Shown here one piece after another: positions 21,520 to 31,674 of a stretch of 64,000 nucleotides of DNA. Under the pieces are notes generated by a model. That model worked only from the letters and a program-made list of their open reading frames with translations. It searched no databases and was not told the DNA's origin. The DNA lies in assembly GCA_963763775.1 (NCBI GenBank), contig CAVXPZ010000001.1, forward strand, positions 640,001 to 704,000. The letters run 5' to 3'. The position numbers were made by a program, and so were the translations under genes. Origin of the DNA: an uncultured Chloroflexia bacterium (lineage in GTDB: Bacteria > Chloroflexota > Limnocylindria > Limnocylindrales > CSP1-4). Numbering within the stretch: position 1 is the stretch's first letter; the number at the start of each line of letters is the position of its first letter.

Positions 21520-21631
21520 GTCGAGGTGGGCTCCTGGGGGCGACCGCGGGGCGCGCGCACGCGGGGTTCGCGGTTCGAGGGTGGTTGGCCCGTCATTCTA
21601 GCCGAGCCGGCCACCGCGTCCGCGGCGGCGT

Positions 21632-21859
21632 TCAGTCCTCACGCTGCAGCGCGTCGAGACGAGCCTGGTACTCGCTCGGGTCGATCTCACCGCGTGCGAG
21701 GCGGGCCTTGAGCTCGGCGACGGCCGGGTCCTCGCTCGGCGGAACGCTCCGGCGGATGGCCCAGACGATCACGCCGACGATGAGCACGGTCGTGACGATC
21801 GGCACCGCGAACGCGAGGACGAACATCGGGCCGAGGAACCCGAACGGGTCGAAGGACAT
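21632..21859 (-). CDS. Small membrane protein with SHOCT domain
   Basis: One TM helix then AVAELKARLARGEIDPSEYQARLDAL. Confidence 0.75.
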   Translation of the reverse strand: MSFDPFGFLGPMFVLAFAVPIVTTVLIVGVIVWAIRRSVPPSEDPAVAELKARLARGEIDPSEYQARLDALQRED

Positions 21860-21902
21860 GGCCGACAGCGTAGCGGCGGCACATCTGGGCCGTCAGCTCC
21901 CG

Positions 21903-21928
21903 ACGGCGGCGGAGTCGGACGCCGCCGT
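21903..21928. repeat. Perfect 9-bp GC hairpin
   Basis: ACGGCGGCG-N8-CGCCGCCGT. Confidence 0.55.
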
Positions 21929-22000
21929 GCCGCCGCGCTGCCGAGCGCCGTGGCCGCCGCAGGCCGCCGCGGGTGCCCGCCGCGCCTGCCGTGGCCGCCG

Positions 22001-22163
22001 CAGGAATCCCACTCCTAGGATCCGGGCTTGGTGCCCCTCTTCCGCGAAGGTGAGCGCCTGTCACACCCTATCGGCTCGTGGTCCACGCGCACCGGAGCTC
22101 GATCGCGCGTGGACTTGAGGCGCGGCAGGCCCCACACGTGCCGATGTAGGAACCGGATTCCTA
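22001..22163. repeat. Paired palindromic-box element, copy 1
   Basis: CAGGAATCCCACTCCTA (22001-22017) and TAGGAACCGGATTCCTA (22147-22163), 146 bp start to start; internal perfect hairpin 22081-22114. Confidence 0.8.
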
Positions 22164-22175
22164 GACGCGCGACGG

Positions 22176-23402
22176 TCAGCCCCCGACGACGATGACCTCG
22201 CGTGGGAATCGCGTGAGGCGTTCCACCCGACGGGCGGCCGCGTCCAGCAGGACAAGGTCCTCGATGCGGACGCCGGTCTCGCCGTCCAGGTAGACGCCTG
22301 GCTCCACCGAGAACACGGTCGGACTCGGCAAGGGCGCGTCCGCCGCGGCCTTGCCGAGGCTCGGGCCTTCATGCGTGGCCAGCCCGATCCCGTGGCCCGT
22401 CCCGTGCCCGAAGTGCTCGCCGTGTCCGGCCTCGGCGATCGTGGTCCGCGCCACGGCGTCCACGGCCAAGCCGCTCGGGACCGGCTCCCCGGCTGCGACG
22501 GCGCGCTCGACCGCCTCGATCGCGTTCGCCTGGGCCGCGGCCACGAGCTCGTAGATCGCCAGGTCGCGCGCCTGCGGCTCGCCGACGAACAGCGTGCGCG
22601 TCATGTCGCTGCGGTAGCCGTCGACCTGGGCCCCGAAATCGAAGAGGAGGACCGCCCGGTCGAGGACCGGCTCGTCGCGTGGAGAACCGTGCGGCAGTGC
22701 CGCCTGCGGCCCGGAGAGCACGGCGCCGACGAAGGCCACCGACTCCGCGCCACCGGTGCGGATCGCCCATTCGAGCTGGAGCGCGAGCGCGGCCTCGGTC
22801 ACGCCGGGACGGATCGACGGCAGCAGCGCGGCCAGCGCCCGGTCCGCCACCGCGCAGGCCGCGGCCACCCGCTCGAGCTCGGCCGGCTCCTTGGTCGCCC
22901 GGTCGGCCTCGACCCACCCCTCCACCGGGACGAGCTCGACGTCCGGCGCGGCGGCCTGGAGACGCGCCCACGTCGCCTGCGAGACGAACCCGGCCTCGAC
23001 CGCGACCCGTCGCGCCCCCACGGACGCGACGAGTCCGGCCCAGCGCGACGGCAGGTCGTGGTACGCCTCGAAGAGCCGGGCGTCCGGCGCCTCGCGCCGC
23101 ACCTGGATCGCGTACCGCGAGTCGGCGAGCACGACCACCTCGTCGCCGCCCACGAGGAACTGGCCCGACTGGCCGGCCACCTTCTCCTCCCCTTCGCCAA
23201 GGACCATGCCGGTCAGGTATCGCGTGTGCTCGGGTCGGACGCCGAAGTACGCGTCGACACCAGCGGCCGCGAACCGGTCGCGGAGACGTCCGAGGCGGGC
23301 CGGGCGGGCGGCGCGGTCCGCGTCGAACCAGGCGACGCGCTGGGCGGCGGTCGGCGGGGCGGCGAAGTCGGCCGGCGTCGGCCGGGCCGCTCCGTCAGCC
23401 AC
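22176..23402 (-). CDS. Xaa-Pro aminopeptidase/dipeptidase (M24B)
   Basis: DFGAQVDGYRSDMTRT, HGTGHGIGLATHE, VEPGVY, GVRIED; usual neighbour of efp. Confidence 0.92.
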   Translation of the reverse strand: MADGAARPTPADFAAPPTAAQRVAWFDADRAARPARLGRLRDRFAAAGVDAYFGVRPEHTRYLTGMVLGEGEEKVAGQSGQFLVGGDEVVVLADSRYAIQVRREAPDARLFEAYHDLPSRWAGLVASVGARRVAVEAGFVSQATWARLQAAAPDVELVPVEGWVEADRATKEPAELERVAAACAVADRALAALLPSIRPGVTEAALALQLEWAIRTGGAESVAFVGAVLSGPQAALPHGSPRDEPVLDRAVLLFDFGAQVDGYRSDMTRTLFVGEPQARDLAIYELVAAAQANAIEAVERAVAAGEPVPSGLAVDAVARTTIAEAGHGEHFGHGTGHGIGLATHEGPSLGKAAADAPLPSPTVFSVEPGVYLDGETGVRIEDLVLLDAAARRVERLTRFPREVIVVGG

Positions 23403-24774
23403 CGGCCGGCTGGTACTTCGCGACGTTCTTGAGGTGCTGCTTGTAGGTCTTCGCGAAGGCCGTCGTGTCGGACCCGTCGTTCTTCGCGATGAAGAACAGG
23501 TACCCGTCCTTCGTATCGGGGTCCAGGGCGGCGTCGAGCGAGGGTAGCGTCGGCGTCGCCAGGGGGCCCGGGGGCAGCCCCTTGCTCGTGTAGGTGTTGT
23601 AGCCGGCGAGGTCGTCGGGCAGCGCGTCGGTGGTCAGGCCGCCCTTGATCGGTGCCCAGAACACGTAGTCCTTCCATGTCGCGAAGGGCTTGTCACGCAG
23701 CGTGAGCGTGTCGTGCAGATAGAAGATCGTGGGGTCCGACTGGAGCAGCTGCGTCGGGAAGAGCGCCGGGTCAAGGCGGTTCTGGTACACGCCGGCGATG
23801 AGCGGGCGCTCCTCGTCGAGCTTGGCCTCGCGCTCGACGATCGACGCGAGGGTCAGCACCTCGTAGAACGAGAGCCCGCGCGACTTGGGGACGTCCATCC
23901 GCTCGGGCCCGACGTTCTTCGCGAAGTTGTCGAGCATCAGGCGGACCAGCTCGTCGGCCGTCGTGTCCGGCAGGATCTTGTAGGCGGCGGGCCACAGGAA
24001 CCCTTCCAGCGTCGCGCCCTTCGGCGCGTCGGCGAGGATCTTCTTCAGCCACGGATAGTCGTTGATGAGGTCCTTCGGGGGGTTCGTGACCTCGTCGTAG
24101 AAGTCCTTGGGGTCCATGTCCAGCGGCAGTGTCTGGAGCTTGGCCGTGATCTGCTCGAGGCGCAGGCCGGTGCGGAGTCCGAGATCGACGTAGGGCACCG
24201 GGGCCGGGGCGAGCAGCGAGGTGACCATCTCGGCGGGGGTCATGTTCTTCCGAAGCAGGAAGGTGCCGGCCTGGAGCTTCCCCGTCAGGGCCTGCTCCGT
24301 GGCGATGAACACGAAGGCGCGGTCGTCGAGGAGCAGGCCCTCCTGCTCCAGGCGCGTCGCGATCGTGGAGGCGGTGTCGCCGGACTGGACGACGAATTCG
24401 ATCTGGGCCGGATCCGTCGAGGCCGGCGTCGTCATGGCCGCGCCGATGTCCGCCTCGACGACGTCCTTCACGAACGGCATGGAGAGGGCCGCGGGGTTGT
24501 CCTTGGCCCAACCCAGGACCGCGCTGTTCACGAGCGGCCGCAACGCCGTCAGCATGACCACGAGGACCAGGCCGCCGAGCACCAGGGCGAAGATCAGGAA
24601 CTTGAGGACGCCGCCGATCCCGCCACCGCCACGACCGTTCCGCCCGTTCCGACCGTCGCGCATGACCGGCTCGGAGAACGGCGGGATGACCTCCGTGGCA
24701 TACGCCTCCTCGTCGTACGGATGGGCATGCGGGGAGCGTGCGTCGCGGGGGCGTCCGCCGGAGCGGAGCGTCAT
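23395..24774 (-). CDS. mltG: Endolytic transglycosylase MltG (YceG)
   Basis: N-terminal TM; LEGFLWP, LASIVERE, IAGVYQNRL, LQSDPT, YNTY..GLPPGPL. Confidence 0.92.
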   Translation of the reverse strand: MTLRSGGRPRDARSPHAHPYDEEAYATEVIPPFSEPVMRDGRNGRNGRGGGGIGGVLKFLIFALVLGGLVLVVMLTALRPLVNSAVLGWAKDNPAALSMPFVKDVVEADIGAAMTTPASTDPAQIEFVVQSGDTASTIATRLEQEGLLLDDRAFVFIATEQALTGKLQAGTFLLRKNMTPAEMVTSLLAPAPVPYVDLGLRTGLRLEQITAKLQTLPLDMDPKDFYDEVTNPPKDLINDYPWLKKILADAPKGATLEGFLWPAAYKILPDTTADELVRLMLDNFAKNVGPERMDVPKSRGLSFYEVLTLASIVEREAKLDEERPLIAGVYQNRLDPALFPTQLLQSDPTIFYLHDTLTLRDKPFATWKDYVFWAPIKGGLTTDALPDDLAGYNTYTSKGLPPGPLATPTLPSLDAALDPDTKDGYLFFIAKNDGSDTTAFAKTYKQHLKNVAKYQPAGG

Positions 24775-25268
24775 GGTCGGCTCTCCGAGGGGTCGCTGGT
24801 CGGGGTCAGGGACGATCGGGTCCCGGCGCGGGCGTCGAGCTCATCCTGGAGGATGATCGCGGCCGCCTCGCGGTCCACGCGAGCCCGATAGGCGTCACGC
24901 TGGGCTCGCGTCGGCGGTCCGCCCGACCGGCCTCGCTTCATCGGACCGAGACGGTCCTCCGCGAGGTGGCTGGTCAGTCGCTCGTCGCGAAAGGTTAGCG
25001 GCAATCGCAGATCCGCGGCGACCGCGGTCCCCCACGATCGCGTCAGCGCGGCTTGTGGGCCTTCCTCGCCCGAGACGTCGTACGGCAGCCCGACGACGAG
25101 TTCCCCGACCAGGTGTGCCTCGACGAGGGCTCGCAGGGCGGTCACGTCACCAGCGCGGTCGCGGGCGCGGCGCAGCGTGGTCAGCGGCCGCGCGGCCGCG
25201 CCGTCGCCATCCGCCACGGCGACCCCGACGCGCTTCTCGCCGAGGTCGATGCCCAGGATGCGACTCAC
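24771..25268 (-). CDS. yqgF: YqgF/RuvX RNase H-fold nuclease
   Basis: ILGIDLGEKRVGVA, VVGLP, DERLTS, VDREAAAIILQ. Confidence 0.92.
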   Translation of the reverse strand: MSRILGIDLGEKRVGVAVADGDGAAARPLTTLRRARDRAGDVTALRALVEAHLVGELVVGLPYDVSGEEGPQAALTRSWGTAVAADLRLPLTFRDERLTSHLAEDRLGPMKRGRSGGPPTRAQRDAYRARVDREAAAIILQDELDARAGTRSSLTPTSDPSESRP

Positions 25269-27118
25269 GGCGCCGGCGACGGTGAGGCGGTCTCGATCCG
25301 GACGGCGTCGTTCACGCTGAGGTCCACGCGGCCGTCGATCGTCGGGATGGTCGACACCCAGTCCGGCCAGGCGGCGAGTTCCACGGCGCCGTAGGCCGCC
25401 AGGATCCGCTTGGCGTCGTCCAGCGTCTTGCCGAGGACCTGGTGCTTGAGCTGCGCCGGGTCGAGGATCGCGGTCTCGCGGGCCGACGCGGTCGCGGGGA
25501 AGCTGATCCGCCCGCCGGTGACCACGGCCGGGTCCACGGTCACCTCCACGGAGCCGTCCACGAGACGGTGGCCGCTGTCGATGCCCGCCTTGAGGCGTTC
25601 GGCGGCGATGGCCTTGACCGGGTCCGCGTTGACGGCCGTCGCGGTGCCGGTGGCCGTCACGCCGAGGTCGAACGATTCGATCTCCTGGTCGACGAGCGAT
25701 GCCGGGTCGACGGTGGGCGTGGACGACCCGAGGAGCCGGGTCTCCGGGAAGACCGTGGCGCCCGGCGACGCGATGCTCGGATCCTTGAGCTGTTCCACGA
25801 ACGCGGCGTCGAGCTGCGCCGTGAGCGACGTCATCGCGCCGTCGACATCCGCCTGCGTGACCTTCGGGAACTCGTCGTGCTTGCCGCCGGTGGTGGCGTC
25901 GGGGTTGTTGACGTCGAGCGAGATGGGGTCTTCGCCGCGAGGGATGACCGTGATGGTGTTCGGTTCGACGTTGCCTTCCGTCCCGGCCTTGACCGCCGTG
26001 ACCTTCACGCTCGCGGTCTTGGGGAACACCTGGAGCCCCACGATGTCGGCGCGCGGCACCGTGACCGTGGCCATCGTGCGGAACCGCGTGCCGTTCGGCG
26101 TGCTGACGATGCTGCCCCCGGGGATCGTGTTCGAGGACGTGAAGTCCTTGTTGCGGAACCGGACGATGCCGGTGGCCTTGGCCTGCTCCACGCGCTTGCC
26201 GGTCGCCGGGAACGTCCCGCTGGTGGCGACGTCGACCGTCACCGTCTCGGCGGGCACGACCGGCGGGTCGCTGGTGGCATCGGGCGCGGTGGCACCAGGA
26301 TCGGCCTCGATCGTCATCGCGACGGGGCCGAGCGACTGCTCCTTCGGCGTCACGACGATCGTCGCGGATGGCAGGAACAGGTACGCGCCGACGCCAGCCA
26401 CGAGGATCACGAGCGCCAGCGCCCCGAGGGCCACCGCGAGCGGCGTGCGGCTCCGGCTCCCGGACGATGGGCGGGCCGCATCCCTTCCGGGTCGGCCGGC
26501 GAGCCGCGGTTCGGTCGGACCGCTCACGGTCGAGGTCACCGGGACCGGGTCCGGGTCCGGACGGACCGGCGGCGTGGCCGCGATCGCCGCGGCGGCGGTC
26601 GCAAGCTCGGCCGTCTCCATCTCATCGAGCGTGGCCTGCTGCGGTGGCCGTGCGGCCTTCGACGCGCGACGCTTGGTGCCGGACGCGGGGACGCGGGCGG
26701 CCTCCCCGCTGGTTGGCTCGGTCGGCTCCGCGGACGTCGCGGATCCGGCGGTCGCCGCCGCTCCGGCCGCGCCCGTCGCGAGCCCGGCCGCGGCGACGCC
26801 GGCCGCACCGCCGGTCCCGTCGCCGCGGGGCGGCTTGGGCGCCTCCTCGGACGCCTCGTATTCCGCGATCGTGCTGAAGACGGGGAGCCCGGCCGAGGCC
26901 GCGAGCGCCCGGGTCGCCGCGTCCCCGGCGACGACCGAGAGACGCTTCTCGTGGGTGAGGGCGTCGCGGGAGAGCAGCCGGAAGTTGATCCGCGACGTCG
27001 CGACGCGCGACCCGTACGGCAGGACCACGGCGACGCGCCGCCCCTCGGCCGCGCGGATGCGCGCCGCCGCCGAGGTGATCTCGTCGTCGATATCGAGGTA
27101 GATGATCCCGCCGGCCAC
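25265..27118 (-). CDS. Bitopic membrane protein with baseplate J/gp47-like extracytoplasmic domain
   Basis: About 80-aa N-terminal domain, Ala/Pro linker, single TM, then ATGIVRF..IPGGSIVST..GTRFRT..VKVTAVKAGTEGNV..NTIT..VNNPDATTGG, resembling the baseplate-J pattern. Confidence 0.75.
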   Translation of the reverse strand: MAGGIIYLDIDDEITSAAARIRAAEGRRVAVVLPYGSRVATSRINFRLLSRDALTHEKRLSVVAGDAATRALAASAGLPVFSTIAEYEASEEAPKPPRGDGTGGAAGVAAAGLATGAAGAAATAGSATSAEPTEPTSGEAARVPASGTKRRASKAARPPQQATLDEMETAELATAAAAIAATPPVRPDPDPVPVTSTVSGPTEPRLAGRPGRDAARPSSGSRSRTPLAVALGALALVILVAGVGAYLFLPSATIVVTPKEQSLGPVAMTIEADPGATAPDATSDPPVVPAETVTVDVATSGTFPATGKRVEQAKATGIVRFRNKDFTSSNTIPGGSIVSTPNGTRFRTMATVTVPRADIVGLQVFPKTASVKVTAVKAGTEGNVEPNTITVIPRGEDPISLDVNNPDATTGGKHDEFPKVTQADVDGAMTSLTAQLDAAFVEQLKDPSIASPGATVFPETRLLGSSTPTVDPASLVDQEIESFDLGVTATGTATAVNADPVKAIAAERLKAGIDSGHRLVDGSVEVTVDPAVVTGGRISFPATASARETAILDPAQLKHQVLGKTLDDAKRILAAYGAVELAAWPDWVSTIPTIDGRVDLSVNDAVRIETASPSPAP

Positions 27119-27120
27119 GT

Positions 27121-28383
27121 TCAGACCTTCATCGCGCGCAGGACCCGCCGCAGGGCAGCGTCGAGCGGATCCTCGGTCGTCTGCAATTCGATCGCCTGGT
27201 ACGCGAGGCCGAGCGGCGTGACGTCCTGCTGGTCGACCAGCAGGTCGGTGGAGTCGGAGATCGTCTCGATCTGATCTGGAGCCATCACCGTGACCTCGGG
27301 TGGTCGGGCGAACGGCAGGCTCTTGAAGAATGCCTCAGATGCCAGCGCCGTGCGGATCTCGGGCAGGCGCGACCCGCCGCCGCACAGGTAGATCCGACCC
27401 GGGAGGAGCTCCCCGCCGGACAGCTCCTCCATCACGAGCTCGACGCCCGCGGCCCAGACGCGGACGTCGTCGCCCACGATCTCGGCGACGTTGTCGCGGT
27501 CGTCGACGGGCAGGCCCCGGGCGTAGTCCACCTTCACGGCCTCGGCACGCGGGAACGGCAGGTCGAGGCGGTCCGCGAGACTCTTCGTGAACGCGCGGCC
27601 GCCGAGCGCGAACATCCGGGTGCCCTCGATGCCGCCCTGGCGGACCAGCGCCACGTCCGTGGTCCCGCCGCCGACGTCGATGAAGAGCGCGCCGGACTGG
27701 CGGATCTGGTCGCTGCCGAGGACCCGCGCGACCGCGTACGGCTCGGCCACGATCTCGAGGAGCTCCAGGTCCAGCTGGCTTGCGACGCTCTGGAGCGCGC
27801 CGAGATGGACGAGCGGAGCGAACGCGTTGAAGATCCCGATCTTCACGTGCCGACCCTGGAACCCGACCGGGTTGGTCAGCGCGTAGCCGTCGATCGAGGC
27901 GCCCGTGATGGCCGCGTGGACCAGCCGGACGTCCACGTGGGGCAGCCCGGTCTCCCAGATGATCGCGCGCTCGGCCTCGTGGAGCGCCTCGCGCTGGACC
28001 ACGTCGATGAGCTTCTGGAGCTCGTTCTCGGTGATCGGCTGGTCGGGTTTCTTGCGCTCCTGGGAGTGGGTGGTGGTGAAGCCCTTCACGAGCTCGCCGG
28101 CGATCCCGATCACGACCTGCGTGGGACGGAACCCGGCCATCTCCTCGGCTTCCTGGAGCGCGACGGCGCAGTTGTCGACCACCGCGGCGATGTCGGCGAC
28201 CGTGCCCGACTGCATGTGCGACAGCCCCTGGCGCTTGCGGCCGACACCACGCACGGTGCCGTGCCCCGCGGCGTCGATGTCGAAGACGAGGGCCTTGGCG
28301 AACTCCGTGCCGACGTCGAGCGCCGTGCACGCGGCAAGGCTCTCCCCCTCGTCGCGTTGCCAGATCCGGCGCCAGAAGGCCAT
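27121..28383 (-). CDS. FtsA-like actin-fold ATPase
   Basis: ALDVGTEFAK, AEPYAVA, FIDVGGGTTD, LCGGGSRL; 1C-like insert ..IDGYALTNPVGFQG. Confidence 0.85.
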   Translation of the reverse strand: MAFWRRIWQRDEGESLAACTALDVGTEFAKALVFDIDAAGHGTVRGVGRKRQGLSHMQSGTVADIAAVVDNCAVALQEAEEMAGFRPTQVVIGIAGELVKGFTTTHSQERKKPDQPITENELQKLIDVVQREALHEAERAIIWETGLPHVDVRLVHAAITGASIDGYALTNPVGFQGRHVKIGIFNAFAPLVHLGALQSVASQLDLELLEIVAEPYAVARVLGSDQIRQSGALFIDVGGGTTDVALVRQGGIEGTRMFALGGRAFTKSLADRLDLPFPRAEAVKVDYARGLPVDDRDNVAEIVGDDVRVWAAGVELVMEELSGGELLPGRIYLCGGGSRLPEIRTALASEAFFKSLPFARPPEVTVMAPDQIETISDSTDLLVDQQDVTPLGLAYQAIELQTTEDPLDAALRRVLRAMKV

Positions 28384-31134
28384 CAGGCCGCCGTTTCGAT
28401 GGCGGCCCGGATCGCGGCGAGGGCGGCAGGCAGGCCTTCGCGACGAGTGCCCTTGCCCTGCGCCATCTCGGGGCGGCCGCCGCCCCGGCCGTCGATGGCG
28501 GTCATCGCCGCGTTCACGAGCGCCCCGGCCGAGATGCCGCGGGTCGTCAGGTCCGGCGACACCGTCACGAAGAGCTGCGGCTCTTCCGCGTCGAGCGCCA
28601 AGGCGACCACCCCCGATCCCAACGCGGCGCTGACCGCGCGGGCCGCCCCTTTGAGCGCTTCCATCGAGTCGTATGGGGCGGCACCCGCGACGAGCCGGAC
28701 GCCGGGCGCCACGTCCGCGGCCGCGGCGAGGAGCTGCTCGGGCGTGGCGACCCCGCCCGCGCCGCCGGCCTTCAGGCGTCGCCTCGTCTCGCGCAGCTCG
28801 TCCTGGAGCGCGGCGACCCGTTCCGGGACGGCCTCGAGCGTCTGGGCGCCGAGCGCCTCGGCGGCTCGCTCCAGGACGTCGACCCGTTGCCGGCCCAGCG
28901 CGTCCGCGGCAGCGCCGGTGACGGCCTCGATCCGGCGCATGCCGGTGCCGATGCTGCGCTCGCCGGTGATCGTGAAGCCGCCGATCTGGCCGCTGGCGCG
29001 GCAATGCGTCCCGCCGCACAGCTCGAACGAGTAGTCCTGGACACGGATCGTCCGCACGGTCTCCCCGTACTTCTCGTCGAAGAAGGCGTCGGCGCCGCCC
29101 TCGATCGCCTCGGCCATGCTCATGAACGCGATCGAGACGGGCCGGTCCTCGCGGATGATGCGGCGGACCTCGTCCTCGATCGCGCGCTTCTCGTCGTCGG
29201 TGAGGGCGCGGTCCAACGGGAAGTCGAAGCGGAGGTAGTCCGGCGTGACGAGCGAGCCGGCCTGGCGAGCCTTCTCGCCCACCACGTTCCGCAGAGCCCG
29301 ATGCAGCAGGTGCGTGCCCGTGTGGTTGCGCATCGTGTGCGCGCGGCGCTCGGCGTCCACGACCGCCTCGACCGTCTCGCCGACACGGAGGCGACCCCGG
29401 AGCGTCCCGCGCTGGACGAACAGGCCCGCAAGCGGCTTCTGCGTGTCCTCGACGTCGAACAGGACGCTCCCGCCGCCGGGCTCGCGCAATGTCCCGCGGT
29501 CGCCGATCTGCCCGCCGCCCTCGCCGTAGAACGGCGTCCGGTCGAGGACGACCTCCGCCTCGCCGTGCCCGGTGAGCTCGTCGTACTCCATGCCGTCGCG
29601 GATGATCGCCACGACCCGGGCGTCGGACGCGGTCGTCTCGTAGCCCAGGAACGCCGTATCGCCCGTGCGGGCCTGGATGGCCTGGTACAGCGAGATGAGC
29701 TCTGCGTGCTTGGCGAGCTCGGCCTTCTTGCCGGAGCGGGAGCGCTGGCGTTGTTCGGCCAGGGCCGCGTCGAACCCGTCGCGGTCGACCCCGACGCCGT
29801 ATTCGGCAGCGAGCTCGATGGTCAGGTCGATCGGGAACCCGAACGTGTCGTGGAGCCTGAAGGCGACGGCACCGGGCAGTTTCGGCGCATCCGGCCGGGA
29901 GCGCCTCGGGCCGACGGCCGATGACCCGCTCCGACGTCGCCAGGCCGGCGAGCGCCTCCTCCAGGAGCCGCGTCCCCGCATCGAGCGTGCGGCCGAACTG
30001 CGCCTCCTCGCGGGCGATGGCGGCAAGGACCTCCTCGCGACGCTCGACGAGATGCGGATAGGCCTCGGCCATGATCGCGATGACGACTTCCGCGAGGTCC
30101 GCGAGGAACGGCTCGCGGCGCCCGAGGAGCCGGCCGTGCCGCACCGCGCGACGGACGATCCGGCGCAGGACGTACCCCCGCCCTTCGTTGGAGGGCAGCA
30201 CGCCGTCGGCGATGAGGAACGTGACCGCGCGCGAGTGGTCGGCGATCACCTGGTAGCTGAACCGCTCCGCCTCGAAATCGCCCGGGTCGTGACCGAGGAG
30301 CGCGCGGAGGCGGTCGTGGATCGGCGTGAAGAGGTCCGTGTCGAAGTTCGACGGGACCTGCTGGAGCACGCTCGCCAGCCGCTCGAGGCTCATCCCCGTG
30401 TCGATGCTCTTGAACGGCAGCGGGTGGCGCCCGTCGGCCCGCTGGTCGAACTCCATGAACACGAGGTTCCAGATCTCGAGCCAGCGCGGACAGTTCTCCG
30501 AGTGGTCCGGGACGCACTCCGGCCCCTCGGAGAGGTGCGCGCCGCGGTCGAAGTGGATCTCGCTGCACGGCCCGCACGGGCCGGTGTCGGCCATCCGCCA
30601 GAAGTTGTTGTCGTCGCCCGCGTCGACATCGCCCCAGCGCGCCATCCGGTCCGGCGGCAGGCCGATCTCGTCGCGCCAGACCGCCCAGGCGACGTCGTCG
30701 TCGGTGTACGTGGTGGCGGCAAGCCGCTCTTCGGGGATGCCCAGGTCCTTGGTCAGGAAGTCCCACGCGAAATGGATCGCCTCGCGCTTGAAGTAGTCGC
30801 CGAAGCTCCAGTTGCCGAGCATCTCGAAGAACGTGTTGTGGCGCGTGGTCCGGCCGACCTCCTCGAAGTCGTTGTGCTTGCCGGCGACTCGCAGGACCCG
30901 CTGGTAGTCCACCGCCCGGGTATACGAGCGCGTCTCCGACCCGGTCAGGACCTCCTTGAACTGGACCATCCCGGAGTTCGTGAAGAGCAGCGTCTGGTCG
31001 CCGGCCGGGACGAGGCTGGCGCTCGCGACGTGGGCGTGGCCGCGCTCCTCGAAGAACTCGACGAAACGGCGGCGGATCTCGGCGGCGGACCGGGACGTGA
31101 TCCGGGGGTCGTGCTGGGCGGTCGGGGACGGCAT
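28383..31134 (-). CDS. alaS: Alanine-tRNA ligase (frameshift near 29895)
   Basis: TLLFTNSGMVQFK, FFEMLGNWSFGDYFK, GPCGPCSEI, NHTGTHLL, ELCGGTH, GRGGG..MAQG. Confidence 0.95.
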
Positions 31135-31194
31135 CGCGCGCAATGGTACCGAACGGGCGACCGGCCACGGCCACGATGGGGCAGTCGGGGCGAT

Positions 31195-31393
31195 CTAGTC
31201 GGGCGTCGCGACGTCCTTCGGCTTGACGACGGGGGCGTCGGGCACGGACCGGGGCCGACGGGCGGCCGGCCGGCACGGTGGCGGCGGCGCGACCACATGG
31301 ACGACCCGGCGAGCACCGCGCCCACGAGGGCGCCGATGGTCAGTCCGCGCAGGAACGTGGCGGCTGGTCGCGAGCTTCGTCGTCCGCGCTCAC
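31195..31393 (-). CDS. Small hypothetical membrane protein (frameshifted)
   Basis: TFLRGLTIGALVGAVLAGS hydrophobic segment; boundaries reconstructed across indels. Confidence 0.4.
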
Positions 31394-31674
31394 GACCACG
31401 GTTCTCCGACGGCCCGAGCACCGAGACGACGCTGACGACGAGCGATGCCGATCCAGGCCACGACCGATCGCCGCGACCAGGCGGAAGTCGCCGATCGGAG
31501 CCGATCGTCAGCCCGAGGCGGTCGCCCAGCGTGTCACCGGCCCACGCCCCGAGGATGGCCGCGGCGACGATGAGCGGCAGCCGCCCGCCGCCCGTCCCGC
31601 GGATCACCAGCCAGAGGGCGGCGTTCGCGACCCCCACCAGGATCCGCCAGCACCAGCGCCGGCCCGACACTCAC
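31390..31674 (-). CDS. Small multi-TM membrane protein, possibly GlsB/YeaQ-like (frameshifted)
   Basis: [27 protein letters not shown]; GTG overlaps mnmA stop; several indels. Confidence 0.45.

Noticed and set aside
25265-27118. Prophage, tailocin or T6SS locus
   Set aside because: No sheath, tube, spike, capsid or terminase genes; the protein has a TM helix and housekeeping context
27121-31143. Apparent 1340-aa AlaRS-FtsA fusion ORF
   Set aside because: Caused by the alaS frameshift near 29895; the AlaRS C-half is in another frame and stops at 28383
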